64,000 nucleotides of DNA from Podarcis pityusensis (Eukaryota), in NCBI GenBank assembly GCA_964106645.2, contig OZ067048.1; one strand, given 5' to 3'. Under the pieces are notes generated by a model. It ran no database searches and was not told where the DNA came from. It saw only the letters and a list, made by a program, of their open reading frames with translations. The position numbers and the translations under genes were made by a program. Shown piece by piece: positions 1 to 12,712 of this stretch. Position 1 is the stretch's first letter. Each line of letters opens with the position of its first letter.

Positions 1-1073
1 TTGTGCACTTTTGGAAGGATTTGAGAATAGGGGAGGGAATGAAGAGAGGTGGGAACATTGGTAGGAGAATTCTGGGTAGGCATGTTCTGTCTTAAGAGGT
101 ATAGTGCACATACCCTCATGGTATATTCCAACCCTCTCACTGTATGTTGTGCGAGTGCCAAACTGAGGACCAAGATTTCTATGACTTCCCCCTAATCTGT
201 GGCATTTTAGCCACAAAACATCTGTTTTGCAGGACCTTAGATCCACTGTTATTTCACTGTAAATGTAAACTGCCTGCTGTCCTTGTGTTAGGCTCTTGTA
301 CAGTGATGTACAACATGGTTATGCACCCTGTTTCACCTTTAATTGTTGAATCCTAACTGATTAATGATCAGAGCTGTGTTCAAGTGTAAAAAAATTGTGA
401 TTGGTGAAAATAAACACCTAATTTGAAGGCCAGTTACACATGCAGTTGTACTCGAGGCTACGTTGAACGATGTATGCCACAAATAGCAATCACAGATCAT
501 GTAAGTCATCTTATGACTATAATCACTGCGCAGTGATCATGAATGTAGCCATTCGTTTTAAGTGCCAAACTATGTGTTACATAGGATGTCCAACATTTGT
601 GGCACAGAGGAAGATTGGGATGCTCAACTATTTCTTCCTCCCTGCATTTCCCCCAGTCTAGGATTGTGGGCCTCCTGGTGGTGGTTAGCGTGCATTTGTG
701 TGTAGAAAACGAATACCTGTATTCCCCACTCTCTCTCAAACTGACAGTATCTTTCACAAAGAACTAGTGCTTTAATCAGAAACAATTGAAGGAAGGGAGC
801 GTTCAGCTCCCCTGTGCCACTGTTATGACCAAATGCTGGCTCTCTCCAGGGATGCATGAAAATAAAAACAAAACTTCAGAAAAGCCATTCATGTGTAGTT
901 TTTAGCCCTCTCAAATGTGTGTCTCTCCACTTCCTTATTCATGACAAACACTTTGAGTTCAAGCTTTGTTTTACTTAAATGGCTGTGTTTTATTTCAAAT
1001 ATTTATTCACGGTGTTTGTTACGTGACCTCAGCATTCCAGCCAATAAAATGGTTGTTGCTTTTTCCCATTAAG

Positions 1074-1124
1074 GCAAAGGAGCAGTCTTCCAGTGCAAAA
1101 TCTGAGAAACAGAAAAAGAGTTAA
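1074..1124 (+). CDS. CAST: Probable last coding exon of calpastatin (AKEQSSSAKSEKQKKS*); exon runs 1074-1134
   Basis: Pyrimidine tract plus AG at 1072-1073, open frame to TAA 1122-1124, strong donor CAG|GTAAGA at 1135. K/S/E-rich composition typical of calpastatin. Tail-to-tail position next to ERAP1 matches vertebrate synteny. Reading frame is assumed (phase 0). Confidence 0.65.
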   Translation, partial: AKEQSSSAKSEKQKKS

Positions 1125-2278
1125 ATGTTACCAGGTAAGAACTGTTAGACTTAATCATGCAAATTTGTGTGCATCCTTTATGCATGAAGAATGAATTGAT
1201 TTTTCTGAAAATACGTGTTTCCACTCCCTTCCATTGTGCACCCAGCAGAGATTTGTGCATTTTGGTTCCTCCACCTTTGGGTTCTCCCCCAGACCCACTG
1301 GCAACACTGCCCTGTAAGAGGGTTAGAAGTTGTTTCAGGTTACAGTTGCCTGTTTAGCTCTAAGGTATCCCATCCCTTATTCCTGGAGTCAGTATAGGCC
1401 GAGATAGCTTGTTTGTGAGGCTTCACATCTACCAGACTCTTAATGCGTGGACTGACCCACAGTATTTATATACTGCATGTGCAGAGCTGTTTTCTACATA
1501 GAATATTCTAAGTGCAGTTCAACCAAGAAACCGACTGACTATTGGTTGGTTGCACTTTAGATTAGTAAAAGCTCTGAGTATGCTTGTGTTTCACACTGCA
1601 CCTGGCATGCTAAATTGTCCTTCAAACAGTATATTCAAAATTACTTTTGCATTTAGCAAAATGTGAGAAACATGCATCTTTAATGTGAAATATGCATTAT
1701 ATATGGGTAAAGCATCTTTGTAAAGTACCTTTAAAATGCTGGAATGGCTCCAGAAAAAGGACACCGGCATTTATTATTGAAATACTTTTTGAAAATTAAA
1801 TGCATGAGATTTCACATACTGTTAAGTAGCAGGAATTCTATCAATTGGTATTAATTTTCCCAAGAGCTCTGAAAATTAAAATACCTGCTCTAAAAAACAA
1901 GGGTCTAAAAATGTAAGTTTTCTTGCATTTCACGGTCATGTCAAGAGAGTTGAATCTGGATCAAAGTTGGCTTTGGATCCTGCACATCCCTCTCTTTTCC
2001 CTTTACTGCTGCAGAGGCTTTCATGGCAGCTTTGAGGGGCTTTGAGACCTCTCTCAGAGAACATCCTATGGGTCCTTGGAAGATCCTTCACCTATTTCAT
2101 GCTTGTATACAGAATTGCTGCTGTATGCTTCAGTTGCAGCCTCTAGTGCCTCTCCTTTTTTGAGAGAGAGAGAAGTTTCTTGCTTTGGCAGCACCTGTTT
2201 TCCGCTTGAGGCAAGCAACCACCATCAGAGTGAGCAAATTCCATTGAATAGGGCAGGCAAGGGGAGCTGATACTTGTA

Positions 2279-2626
2279 CAGTGGTACCTCGCAAGACGAA
2301 TGCCTCGCAAGACAAAAAACTCGCTAGACGAAAGGGTTTTTTGAGCTGCTTCGCAAGACGATTTTCCCTATGGGCTTGCTTCGCAAGACGGAAACGTCTT
2401 GCAAGTTTGTTTCCTTTTTCTTAACACCGTTAATACAGTTGTGACTTGACTTCGAGGAGCAACTCATAGAACGCGGTGTGGTAGCCTTTTTTGAGGTTTT
2501 TAAAGACTTTGGTGATTTTTGAAGCTTTTCCAAAACTTTCCCGACACCATGCTTCGCAAGACGAAAAAAATCGCAAGACGACAAAACTCGCGGAACGAAT
2601 TAATTTCGTCTTGCGAGGCACCACTG
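2279..2626. mobile_element. Tc1/mariner-pogo-type MITE
   Basis: TIRs CAGTGGTACCTCGCAAGACGAA / TTCGTCTTGCGAGGCACCACTG, TA target duplication (2277-78, 2627-28), internal GCAAGACG repeats. Confidence 0.9.
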
Positions 2627-2951
2627 TACAGCCTCACAAACACCATCACACAGGGCTCATCCAAACTTCCTTTTGCAATGTGCTTTCCAGGCATGAGTCT
2701 GCACTTTCTAAGTCTGTGCCTGAGCAGGGTTTTGGGTTTTTTGTCCTACTGCTTTCCCAGGAAAATCTGCTGATTACCACTGAATCAGAACAAATGGCAA
2801 GGAAGTCTGCATGAGCCCACATATAGACCATGCTGGTGGTTTCAACTTGCATATTTATTTTTTGTTGGGAACCTGCTGAATTCTCTTTTATGAGATAACG
2901 TTTCCTCCCCTTACTGGCTAAATAATGTGCTCTCTTTTCCTCTCTGTCTAG

Positions 2952-4260
2952 GCTTTTCAGCGCTAATGCAAAAAAGTCTTCATTTTGCTGGTGGATAGCT
3001 GCACTTGAACAAAAAAAAGAAAAGAAGAAGCTATTTTGCAGAAGCAAGATAGTCTCCCGGGTGGTTTTTGTATCATGGTATTTGGATATAATGGCATGGG
3101 AGGCATGAATCTTACTATTTTCAAGGATGACCTTTTTCCATTTATTTTACTGTCTCTTATTTTGTAATTTTCTTCAGTTATGAGAGGGAACGGACGCTTT
3201 ATATTTGTAAGAAAAGTATTTCTACGGATTTAATAGCAATGCAAAAAGAAAAAAAAGTCTGCAAATTTTGCACATAATCTACACATAGTGCCTGCAAATC
3301 TCAGCAGAGTTCAGAAAAGCTGTGGTTTGGTTTTTGGTTTTTTAGTATAATGAATGCTCTAAATATTCTGGAATATAATGCGTTTTGGCTATCATCTGCC
3401 TGCGGGTATTCCTTTTGAAGAATAGTTAGTGAGAAGTGAGTAATCAGTTGCTAAGATTTAAACGTGGGAGAAGAGTAGAAGCGATTGTTTCTCAGTCCTT
3501 GGCTTCTAATAACATAGTATTCAATATGAACAGTGCCGCTAGTATTTTCATTTGAAACCTTGAGTTCTGATTGTGACCGCCTGTCAGTGGCTTGCAGAAA
3601 GGGCGTAATATTGCATCTGAATTGCTATTGCATAGGGGTACTCCAGAAAGGATGCACATAGGACTCCAATATGTTCCTATAAGTTACACTGGTATAGCTC
3701 CCCCCACCCCACCCCCAGAATCCAGATTACACAGTTTGTTTCTGATGTATAAATTCACATCACAGCTGAATACAGAGGTGCTTTGTGAACTAATTTGGAT
3801 GCAATGCTTGCTCAACTTCCATGTTTTATTCCCCACCCCCCTTTTTGGTATTCCTTGCAGTGAGAAAAGCTATGGCTCCAACAGCAGGTTCTGATATGCT
3901 TTGCATTATGAGTAGCAATTTTTTTATTGACTTTTGGAGTAAGGTGCTACTCCTGGTTTGGTCAAGTCTGCTTCCAGGTAGTTAGTTCTCTAGACTACCA
4001 TGGGTCAAATATATAAGCCGCAGCCTGCGAGGAATATCAACTGTGCAAGCCCCTTTGAACTGCATGGGAGTTACACAGGAGCGTGGCCACTTTCTGCCAT
4101 CGCTCTTACTTACTTCAAAAGGAGCAAGCGCAGGAGATGTTCCTCTGGGGACATCAGAATTTTGACTGTCCTTGACAATCTAATGTTAATACCGGACTGT
4201 TTTTGAAAGTCTGTATTAAGATTGCCTGTCACACTAATAAAGTTTTAGAATGTAAATTGT
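2952..4260 (+). other. CAST: Probable non-coding terminal exon (3' UTR) of CAST
   Basis: Strong acceptor tctcttttcctctctgtctAG at 2950-2951, AU-rich repeat-free sequence, AATAAA 4236-4241 followed by a GU-rich downstream element. Opening segment (tcttca..gctggtggat..gaacaaaa) resembles my recollection of the mammalian CAST 3' UTR. Confidence 0.6.
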
Positions 4261-4270
4261 GTTTGTGAAC
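4236..4270 (+). terminator. Polyadenylation signal AATAAA with downstream GT-rich element
   Basis: AATAAA 4236-4241 then tgtgtttgtg about 20 nt downstream. Confidence 0.6.
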
Positions 4271-5153
4271 TGTGTCCTTAATACATGGTTATTATTGCCA
4301 TTATTAGACAAGAACACTGGCTGTGTCTAGAAGAAGGTACCTTTTACAGGTTTCAACCAAACCGAAATACCTCCTCTATCCCAATGCACACTTATTTTAC
4401 TGGATCTTGTAGTTTACGGCTGCGTCTGGAAGAATGGCTTCTCATTAAGGGGGCAAGCCTTAGGCTTGCATGCTCCCACTCCCACCCACTGTCTCCTCTG
4501 GGGGCAGTCATCAGATCGGAAGTACTTGTTTCAGTTAAATACTGTGCAGTATTATCTGAGACTGTGGTCTGAAACGGACAGCTGCATAAACTGCAGTTAA
4601 GAGTTAACCATACCTTATCTGAGTTCAGAAATAATGCAAAAGTGGACCTATGGAATCAAAAGGTCCTGATCCTCTGTAGGCGAAGTAATGGATGTTACTT
4701 GCTACTGTATAGTTGGCAACATTCCAGCTATGGAAAAGTCAGATTTTCTACATCCCAACACACAGATATCTCTCCTTCCTCCATCCACGCAAGCAAGAGG
4801 CATAATCAGTTCTAGGACATGTTTCAGTCACACACAAGCATTTGAGAAGAGAATGGCCTAGGAGGAGTCCCAGACTCTAGTTAGAGAGGCATAAAGACCT
4901 GGTCTAAGAGAGGTCCAATTTTCACCACTCCTGTTGTAAATACATAACTTGACATTCATGCAAGGCCTTAATGCTATTTCCTCCACTTTGGAAGTATATT
5001 TCATATTTTCCAACCTCTGTCATTAGAATAAGCTCAAATATATGTACTAATCAGCATTCCAGTTTTTAGAATTTTATAAAAACTTACGTTTACGAAAGTA
5101 GCATTTTTCATATCTTTTCAAGAACTTACCATTCTTCATTCTGAAATCGTGCT

Positions 5154-5315
5154 TCATGCAGAGTTCCACATTCCGCTATTGGTGTGTAACCATTCCTTGA
5201 TTTTTTCAAGGTTCTTATCCATCCACTGAATATTTTCTTCAATGGTTTCTACTGCTTGGTAGACAGCACGGAGCTCTGAAACTTTTTTGCCTTGGGAGTT
5301 GAAGAAACTTTTTAC
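5154..5315 (-). CDS. ERAP1: ERAP1 exon 19, last coding (VKSFFNS...[13 protein letters not shown]...NSA*)
   Basis: Acceptor CAG at 5318-5316, stop TGA ending 5154. Confidence 0.94.
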   Translation of the reverse strand, partial: VKSFFNSQGKKVSELRAVYQAVETIEENIQWMDKNLEKIKEWLHTNSGMWNSA

Positions 5316-8300
5316 CTGTTGAGTAAAAATAAATAAATACCACAATAAATTTTTGTACTATTCCCATTATCTTTAATGGGATTTGAAAAAAGAAAAAACG
5401 TTGTAGGAGACTGCATCCTAATCTTCCTGTACCAATGCCACTAACTGTACAGCCTGGATTTAGTCATAAGAGATTCTCAGTCATGGAGGCATAAAGAAAA
5501 GAAACGTGCCTGTCGTTCAAATTGTTCATGAATTACAAGTGTTTTCAAAGGCCTTTTGCTTCAGATTTACAAAGAGATAATATAAATGGAAGCAGAACAG
5601 CATATGAGCAGTTAAGTATCATAAATGTCTCATGCATTTATATGTTGGGTTCCAAGAACCTATAATAATACAACTTGTCAGTTTGCCATGGATGTCCATT
5701 TTGCTTTAAACAACAACTGCTGCTGCTGCACATTGCCTTGAGATGCATGTGTGAAAAGCAATTAATTTTAAAAAAATGAAATCATGGAGTCTCACGGACA
5801 TATAATGCAGGTTGTGAGATATGCTTACTTCTTCAAGTTGTTCCTTTGTGGAATATTTATTTGTCAATCCAGTAACCAGGTGTGCAACGGTATTCGAACC
5901 AAGTTCAAACCTATGCAAACAGAAGAAGTGCATGAAGTAAATATTTTTATATTAGAAAGAAAATAAACAGGAGTACAAGGAGTGATAATATTTAAAACTT
6001 ACTTTTTTACAAATGTCTGCCAATTCTGCTTTAGAAACTTCCAGGCTAACTGATAACCCTCAGGGTTCCTTCCAACGGAGAGAACAATATACGGAAGATC
6101 CTGCATTTTTATTAAGTCATCCTGTAAACCTTGCTCCATTAACCTAAACAAAGAAAAGAAACCTCAGTGTGAGGAAATAATATTATTACCTTAATAGGAA
6201 CAGGAAAACTCGAGTACGAATAAATGGTACACAGTGTAATGGCTATTTGATTTCATACCCTTAGCTTTCGCTGCAGAGAGATTATTCTTCATTTCCCCCA
6301 AGCATCCTCTCATATAGTCAGCATGGAAAGAAGAAAAGGTGCTGAAAGGGGGTACTGTGCCACACACAGGAATAATAATAATAAATTCTGTATGTCGCTC
6401 ATCTGACTGGGTTGCCTCGGCCACTCTGGGGGGCTTCCAACAAATTACAAAACCACAATAAAACATCAAACATAAAAAACCTCCAGATGCAGGGCTGCCT
6501 TCAGATGTTTATTTCCTTGACATCTGACAAGGCAGGCACGATTACTGAGAAGGCTCTCTGCCTGGTTCCCTGTAACCTCACTTCTCGCAATGAGGGAACC
6601 ACCAGAAGGCCTTCGAAGCTAGATTTCGGGCTGAAAGATGGGGGTATACTGGGCTGAGGCTGTTTCTTCCCTAGTTACAAAATGTGGAAGAGCCTATGGG
6701 CCATAGAGAAGTTTGATTGAAAAGCTGAAATGGGGAAAATCTATATCAAAGGGGAAAATTAACTATTCAGATTAATCTCTTCTGTGCTGTGGGGAAGGGT
6801 TCTTTCTCTTTGAAATCTTTGGCAAAGACGAGCAGTGGGAGACAGAACGCTCAGAACACACCCAGACCTAAAAGAATGAAAAAGCTGGCCTGCAGCTGAA
6901 GATCAGACACCACTTGTTCACCTTTGTCTCCTGCACCTCACCTAAAAATCTGATCTGCCCTGCCTTACCCCGTTACAGCTTCTAATTCCATAGGAACAGT
7001 CACAATGTGAAACAGCATTTATAGCCAGTGCACATGAACAAAATGTGCAACTGGTGTGTGCACTGACCTTTTAACTGTGAGACACTTCGTTCCAATCCAA
7101 TGTTACAATGTTGTTGCTTTTTGTTGCACTGCAATGGTTAAGAGATGATGAAAATACAGGTGGCTGTGGCCTTGCATTTACAACATCTCTCTTTTAATTT
7201 AAAGCCGTTCATGTTTTCAGAGAATACAGTCATACCTCATGTTGCATCCGCTTCAGGTTACGTCTCTTCAAGTTGCGTCCCGCAGCAACCTGGAAGTACC
7301 AGAATGGTTACTTCCGGGTTTCGCCACTCGCACAGGCACAGAAGCGCTAAATTGTGCTGTGTGCAGACGCGGCACTTCTGGAAGCGAACACTTTGATGTG
7401 CCTCCGGGAAAGATTATGTCCGCAACTCGAGGTTCCACTGTACTCACCATTCAAGCTTCTCCTTATTTGGGCTTAGGCTGAGAACAGATTCAATTATCCT
7501 TTTCTCAGTATTAAATTTGGGCAGCTTGTGTTTGCTGAAAAGGAAGTCCCAGCCTTCGTCCGTCTGTGCTCCAACAGCATATACCGCAAACTTGATGTCA
7601 TTGGGCAAACTGCAACAAATGGAGGCTTCAGGTTAGTTCTGACATGCATCTCTTGGTGTTGGTTTCTTATGTGGAATGGACTCTCTCAGGAGGTTGTGGA
7701 CTCTCCTTCAATGGAGGCTTTTAAGCAGAGGTTGGAGGACCATCTCTTTTGGATGCTTTAGCTGAGATTCCTGCATTGCAGGGGGTTGGACTAGATGCCC
7801 CTGTGACGTTAACATATGAGAGTGCTGGAGGTGAAATAGTTAAACAGGTTAACCAATCAGAACCCAGGGGGGTGGAGTCAGAGGGACTATAAAACCAGCT
7901 CTGGGAGGGGCAAAGGGGGAGTTCGTTGGGAGTTGGGTGGTTGGTTGGAGTGGGAGTGAATTGGGATAGAGTCTGTGGGTAGGTTGAGTTAGTGTAGCGA
8001 AATAAGCTGAGTCAGGAACAGTTAGGACCTGGGAAGACAAGTAAATATCTGAGAGGTGGTTTAGTGAGTGAGAGCAAGTAGCGGAAGATATAGGTCTGGC
8101 TAGGCACCCCATGATTGTAATTGACTGAGATCGTTTATGAAACCACATGCTTGTTAAACTGCAATAAATAAACAGAAGTTTATGTTCCAATTTAACCCTG
8201 ACTGGACTCAGTATTTTACCAGGTAGGGCCTGGGTGGTGGCAGCGAGAAATAAAGTGGTGGCACAGGGATCAATAGACGGTGAAACATCCGGGAACCCTG

Positions 8301-9004
8301 TGTGATTGCCACAGACCCTTGCAATCCCTTCCAACTCTGCGATTCTATTATTCCATGTCTGGATTCAATTGCAAATTACTACTCAAGTCAGACTGCCTCA
8401 TCTCAAGAATCATTGAAAAGGCAAATTCACAGGTAATAGCAAATTTCCTCTATCCAGTGATTTCATGCTCTCCCACCCAGCTGGACTGAGCAGCCACAAC
8501 ACAGCAACTTCCCTGGTTTTAGTTACAGGTAGGTAGCTGTGTTGGTATGCTGTAGTCAAAATAAAATTTAAAAAATTACTGGAAGGATTTTTTTTTATTT
8601 CCCTGGTTTTGTATGCTAAATTGGGGTGGCGTTACAGCATTTAAGTTGCCACGATGCATGTTTTTGCCCTGTGAAGCCTGAAGATGCTATGCTGCTTACA
8701 AAAGAGAAACACGTACTGGAAATTTCCATCGGAGTCCTTCCACTTTGTATAGAACTCTTTTGCTTTGTCCACACACGGTTGGTACTTTCGTACGCAGGCA
8801 AACGCCAGAAGACTGCTCCGAAGTAGTCGCTCAGACACTGTCCCAGCATCGTCCCAAGACTGTTTGTCAATCATGTTTTTCATTAGATTGACTATGTATC
8901 CCTAGAGTGATTTCACAAACATACAAAAAAACATACACGTGAAATCAATTTTTTAACCAAATCTGTTAAAAACTGTATATATAAGCAGAATGGGAAAGGC
9001 AATT

Positions 9005-9036
<32 letters not shown>

Positions 9037-10257
9037 TACTTCCATGGCTGAAGGAAACAGTTGTTTAATAACCAAACTGAAACACAATGGAACAATAAAT
9101 GATTTAAGTATGTATCATAATTAACCACCTGAAATTCTGATTATAAAACACATGCACACAGGAGCTAATGGTTTCAAGGCAGCTTCATATCCATGTTCCA
9201 GAAAAACAACAACCTACATAAATGGGAACCCTGCTCCCTTGCATCATGATGAACTTTTTCTTTAAAAAAAGAAGCATGCATCATATTAAAATAAAATCAT
9301 AACATATTAACCTTATCTAATTTCCAATTGCTTTAAACAGGTAGTGTTTGCTGTTTCTTTAAATACTAACAGTTATTGTTTGGCTTCTTTCCATTAATGA
9401 CATGCTGATCGTACACTCTATATTGTGATGGATGCTGCCCCTACTGACTCTCGCATCCCGTGAGAAAGCAGCTTCCTTTCATTCTACAGTACAACACATA
9501 TACATTCATAAAATTATTGCCAATAACCTCAGTATGTGAGCTGACAGCCTGCAAGTATTGATGGCTATTTTTCAGTCTTCCTCTTCTTACCTTTAATTGA
9601 TTATCTATGTCTTTCATGTCCCTCTTCTCCGTAAGTTTGTACAAAGGTATCAGCTCATCCAATCCTTCAAGCACGGGAGTAATTTCAGTTTCATGTTGTA
9701 GGTATATTGTTAAATCAAGAGCTTTAGTAATCGACAGCTTTTCGGCACTGTGGGAAACAAAGTGTCAGTAATAACACATTAAAATATTTGTTAAAGGGGC
9801 TGAACCATTCAGTGTATAGAGTTTTTTCATATTAGCAACACTAATCTTAGTGTTTTCCTTTTTAACAGCTAATGTTATGAATGAAACCTTCCTGAATTTT
9901 TGCACCCCGCAATGGCAAATTGTGCAAAAGCAAAACATGGTTTGGAGTGTTGAACTTCTGCAGCTGTCCGCATGTTGTGTTATATACACTGAGTTCAGGA
10001 AAGTGTAGCAATATGATAATATATTAAAACTGCCAGCAGCTGATCCACTGTTGAGTGTATCATGAAGAGATTTCAGCAGCAACGTTGCTTATTATCTGTC
10101 TTGCCAGGCTTCTCTGTCTTGCATACTTCCTACTCTATCCTATACGTCCTAGATTTATTCGTGCTTTTTACCAGGTTTTGTGGTCTTCCTGAATTAACCC
10201 AGCTTTGCAATCCTGCCCACAGGTCATCAGAACAGTACTGATCTGCATGCATATGCG

Positions 10258-10292
<35 letters not shown>

Positions 10293-11233
10293 GAAGGCCA
10301 GCCCCCTTCTTAACCAACAATAGTTCCTGTCTCTGGCTATGTATTTTTTTAGTACATTTATACCCCACTATTCTTCCAACATGGAACTGAAGTTGGTATA
10401 CATGGGGCTCTCAAGACAGTCTCCCATCCAGACACTGACTAGACCCAGCCCTGCTTAGCAAAGCAAGTTGGCTGTATCAGATATCCTCAGCTCTGGGACC
10501 TCAACCAAGGGCTGCTGCCGGAATAGGGACCAAATTACTTTGCTAAATAGGCACCTTCCCTGCTGCCGTTCATTATCATGTGCTGTCTCAGAGATGTACA
10601 TCAGCTGTGTACATTAGCTGACACAACATATTCATTACAAGATGTATACACAACTTGTGCACATTGAACTTGTGTGCATTCAAGCTTTACGCACAAGGCA
10701 AAGAAATAGAAAGGGGGCAGAAGAGGGGTGGCGCTCCAGGGAAAATGACTTTGGAAATGCCACCTGCCATTGAACCCAATGCATTTTGACTACATACAAT
10801 TTTGGCTTTAGGAATGTAACCACCACAAAAGTTGTGAGCTTGCTGTATTTCTGCAATATACTCCCCCTCCCCAATGTGGATCAAGGGAAAGTATCAACAG
10901 ACACTTTGTTGCAGGTATTGTTTCTACTCGGAAGAAATATTTTCGTTATAAAGTAGGATGGGAGCATCCTATAAATCTCTTGTAACGGCTGTGCCAAATA
11001 TTATGAGGCCAATTTCTAGGGAAAAGGCCTGTGTCTAAGAAGGCTATAAACACGTATGTGCTCATTCTTTATGCTAGCAAAAAGTGTAGTGACGTCTGTA
11101 AAAGATTGGTTCAAGACGACATTGTGTCAATGGGCAAGAACTAGGAGAGCTATTATATTTTATTGGAACAGGAAGCAGTATTTAATTCTGAGATTATGAT
11201 GATGATGATGATAATAATAAAATTAAATTATTT

Positions 11234-11271
<38 letters not shown>

Positions 11272-12679
11272 CCCACCCATGTGGCTGGGCTTCCCCAGCC
11301 ACTCTGGGCAGCTTCCAAAAAAATATTAAAATACTGTAATACATCAAACATTAAAAGCTTCCCTAAACAGGGCTGCCTTCAGATGTCTTCTAAAAGTCTG
11401 GTAGTTGTTGTTCTCTTTGACATCTGGTGGGAGATCTCAAGCTCTTATCTTTTCTAACTCTCACTGTCTTAGTACTACCACAACTCTCCCATTATTCACG
11501 CAGGAATGGCCTAAGCAACATCACTGGGGAAGTTCTGGATTTCTAATTTTGCAAATGATACAGGAGTGTCTCTCTCATTTTATTATGTGATGAAGTAGTG
11601 TTATCTGTATTACTGTTGTATAGAACAAAAATGGCACGTTGCTTACCAAAGAGACATTTAGTGTGTACTATCATACTTTACCTCACCATCTGGAATACAC
11701 TATTGATGAGACTTGCTCTATCATTGCTGCTAATTGCTTTATGGTTTTCTTTCAAAAGACGAATTAGGGCATCCCATCCGTCATCTCCATAGTGCACAAT
11801 ATAATAACCATTCATTCCAACATTAAATTTTATCCACTCCACTTCTTCTGGGAGAATGATGTCATCTACAGACAAAATATATCACAACCTTGTATTTTTC
11901 TGTCCAGCAGTATTGACTCATTTCATTTACAGTTATCAGCCACAGATAAATAACTGATTAGCAATAGTTAAAATTGCTTAAAAACCTAGCCTTAATGTCT
12001 ACTACACAGCTGCTTTGTGGATAAAAACTTCTGTGTGTCTTACAGGGACTAAAGAAATGGATAGCTTGGAACATCTGTATCTCCTTAATTCTTATAATCT
12101 TCCATAATAAAATTATTTAAGCTTGAAAACATAATTGTGCTTCTTACCCATTTGAATTCAGTCAAACATACCTGTTTTAGTTGTCAGCAAAAACTTCTGA
12201 ACTTCAGCACATTTACTGGTAATATACGTTAATGGAACATGCCACAGATTCCTACAGTAAAATCGATGATGATTAGCTGATTGTTTCAACAGCCTGTATG
12301 AACACATATCTAAGCTGACCACTGACCTGCATGACTGGGAGGATGTAAAGAGGGGTTTCTTGTTGAGAGTTCTACGGCTGCAAGGTCTGTTTTCACACAC
12401 TTGAAAGCAAACTTGCATTTCCAGAGATGGTTAATGATTCCTGCCATATTAACTCTCTACTATGAGTACCTATCTTTAAGAAAATGCTTTCGTTTCCTTA
12501 AGGCTTTGCCATCAGTCACATGTGCTCTCAAAGAAATGTAACAAGTGAAATTCCCTACAGGACAAAATTAAACCAGTCTCCAGTTTAGAGATTGTAACTT
12601 TTTCTCACTTAGAAAGTCTAGCATGCCCTCAGCTGATTTATTTGTATGATGTAAAAGAATATTCAATATGATTTTTCAA

Positions 12680-12712
<33 letters not shown>

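Noticed and set aside
7849-8334. 161-aa - strand ORF
   Set aside because: Lies antisense within the solo LTR; no coding hallmarks.
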